Source: Fimbriimonadia bacterium
GTDB lineage: Bacteria; Armatimonadota; Fimbriimonadia; Fimbriimonadales; JABRVX01
Reading direction: 5' to 3'
Length of the DNA: 64,000 bases
NCBI GenBank assembly: GCA_041483895.1
Contig: JBGPGO010000001.1
Coordinates: forward strand, 297,638-361,637
Shown here piece after piece: positions 63,967 to 64,000 of the stretch. Each line of letters starts with the position of its first letter. The first letter of the stretch is position 1. Under the pieces are notes generated by a model, which did no database searches, was not told where the DNA came from, and worked only from the letters and a program-made list of their open reading frames with translations. The translations under genes and the position numbers were made by a program.

Positions 63967-64000
63967 TTAGCGCTGATTGATTACCGGGCTCTTTGGTCCG

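Overview
High-GC bacterial chromosomal window. Hand-counted 60-nt samples give 60-65% GC in ligA and ogg. It is densely packed, with about 55 protein genes on both strands. I recognised no rRNA, tRNA, CRISPR array, transposase or integrase by eye. Many ORF-track ORFs are antisense or alternative-frame shadows typical of high GC, and several real genes needed 5' trimming to internal starts with good RBS and signal peptides.

Housekeeping content: succinate dehydrogenase/fumarate reductase CAB operon, ligA, ogg, pruA, ubiX, a TrpG/PabA-type amidotransferase, an M24 aminopeptidase, a 2-hydroxyacid dehydrogenase, an FAH-family hydrolase, a 3-hydroxyisobutyrate-dehydrogenase-like gene and a CUT2/BMP-type ABC transporter.

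Signalling content: a class III adenylate cyclase, a GAF histidine kinase, an HDOD protein and a GntR regulator.

There is also a large exported/surface set: two PEP-CTERM proteins, two proteins with dockerin-like C-termini, a VIT+vWA protein, a BNR/Asp-box propeller protein, a TolB-like protein, lipoproteins and a haloperoxidase-like PAP2 protein. This flavour suggests an Armatimonadota-, Planctomycetota- or Verrucomicrobiota-like organism, but taxonomy cannot be settled from the sequence alone. Genes are very often translationally coupled through ATGA, GTGA or TTGA overlaps.

The most interesting locus is a sharply low-GC two-gene insertion (36968..38528, minus strand) between ligA and ogg. 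It encodes a soluble ABC/AAA_21-type ATPase overlapping a 159-aa Met-less protein with TOPRIM-like acidic motifs. I read it as a candidate uncharacterised OLD/PARIS/AbiL-like defence module.

Secondary observations:
- Several families of intergenic palindromic or tandem repeats, one apparently inserted in-frame in a membrane-protein gene.
- A dehydrogenase gene relic overlapped by the 3' end of a neighbouring gene.
- A duplicated Cys-rich domain of unknown function.
- An AsnB-like enzyme whose nucleophile Cys is not at position 2.
- A Cys/His cluster in the SDH membrane anchor.
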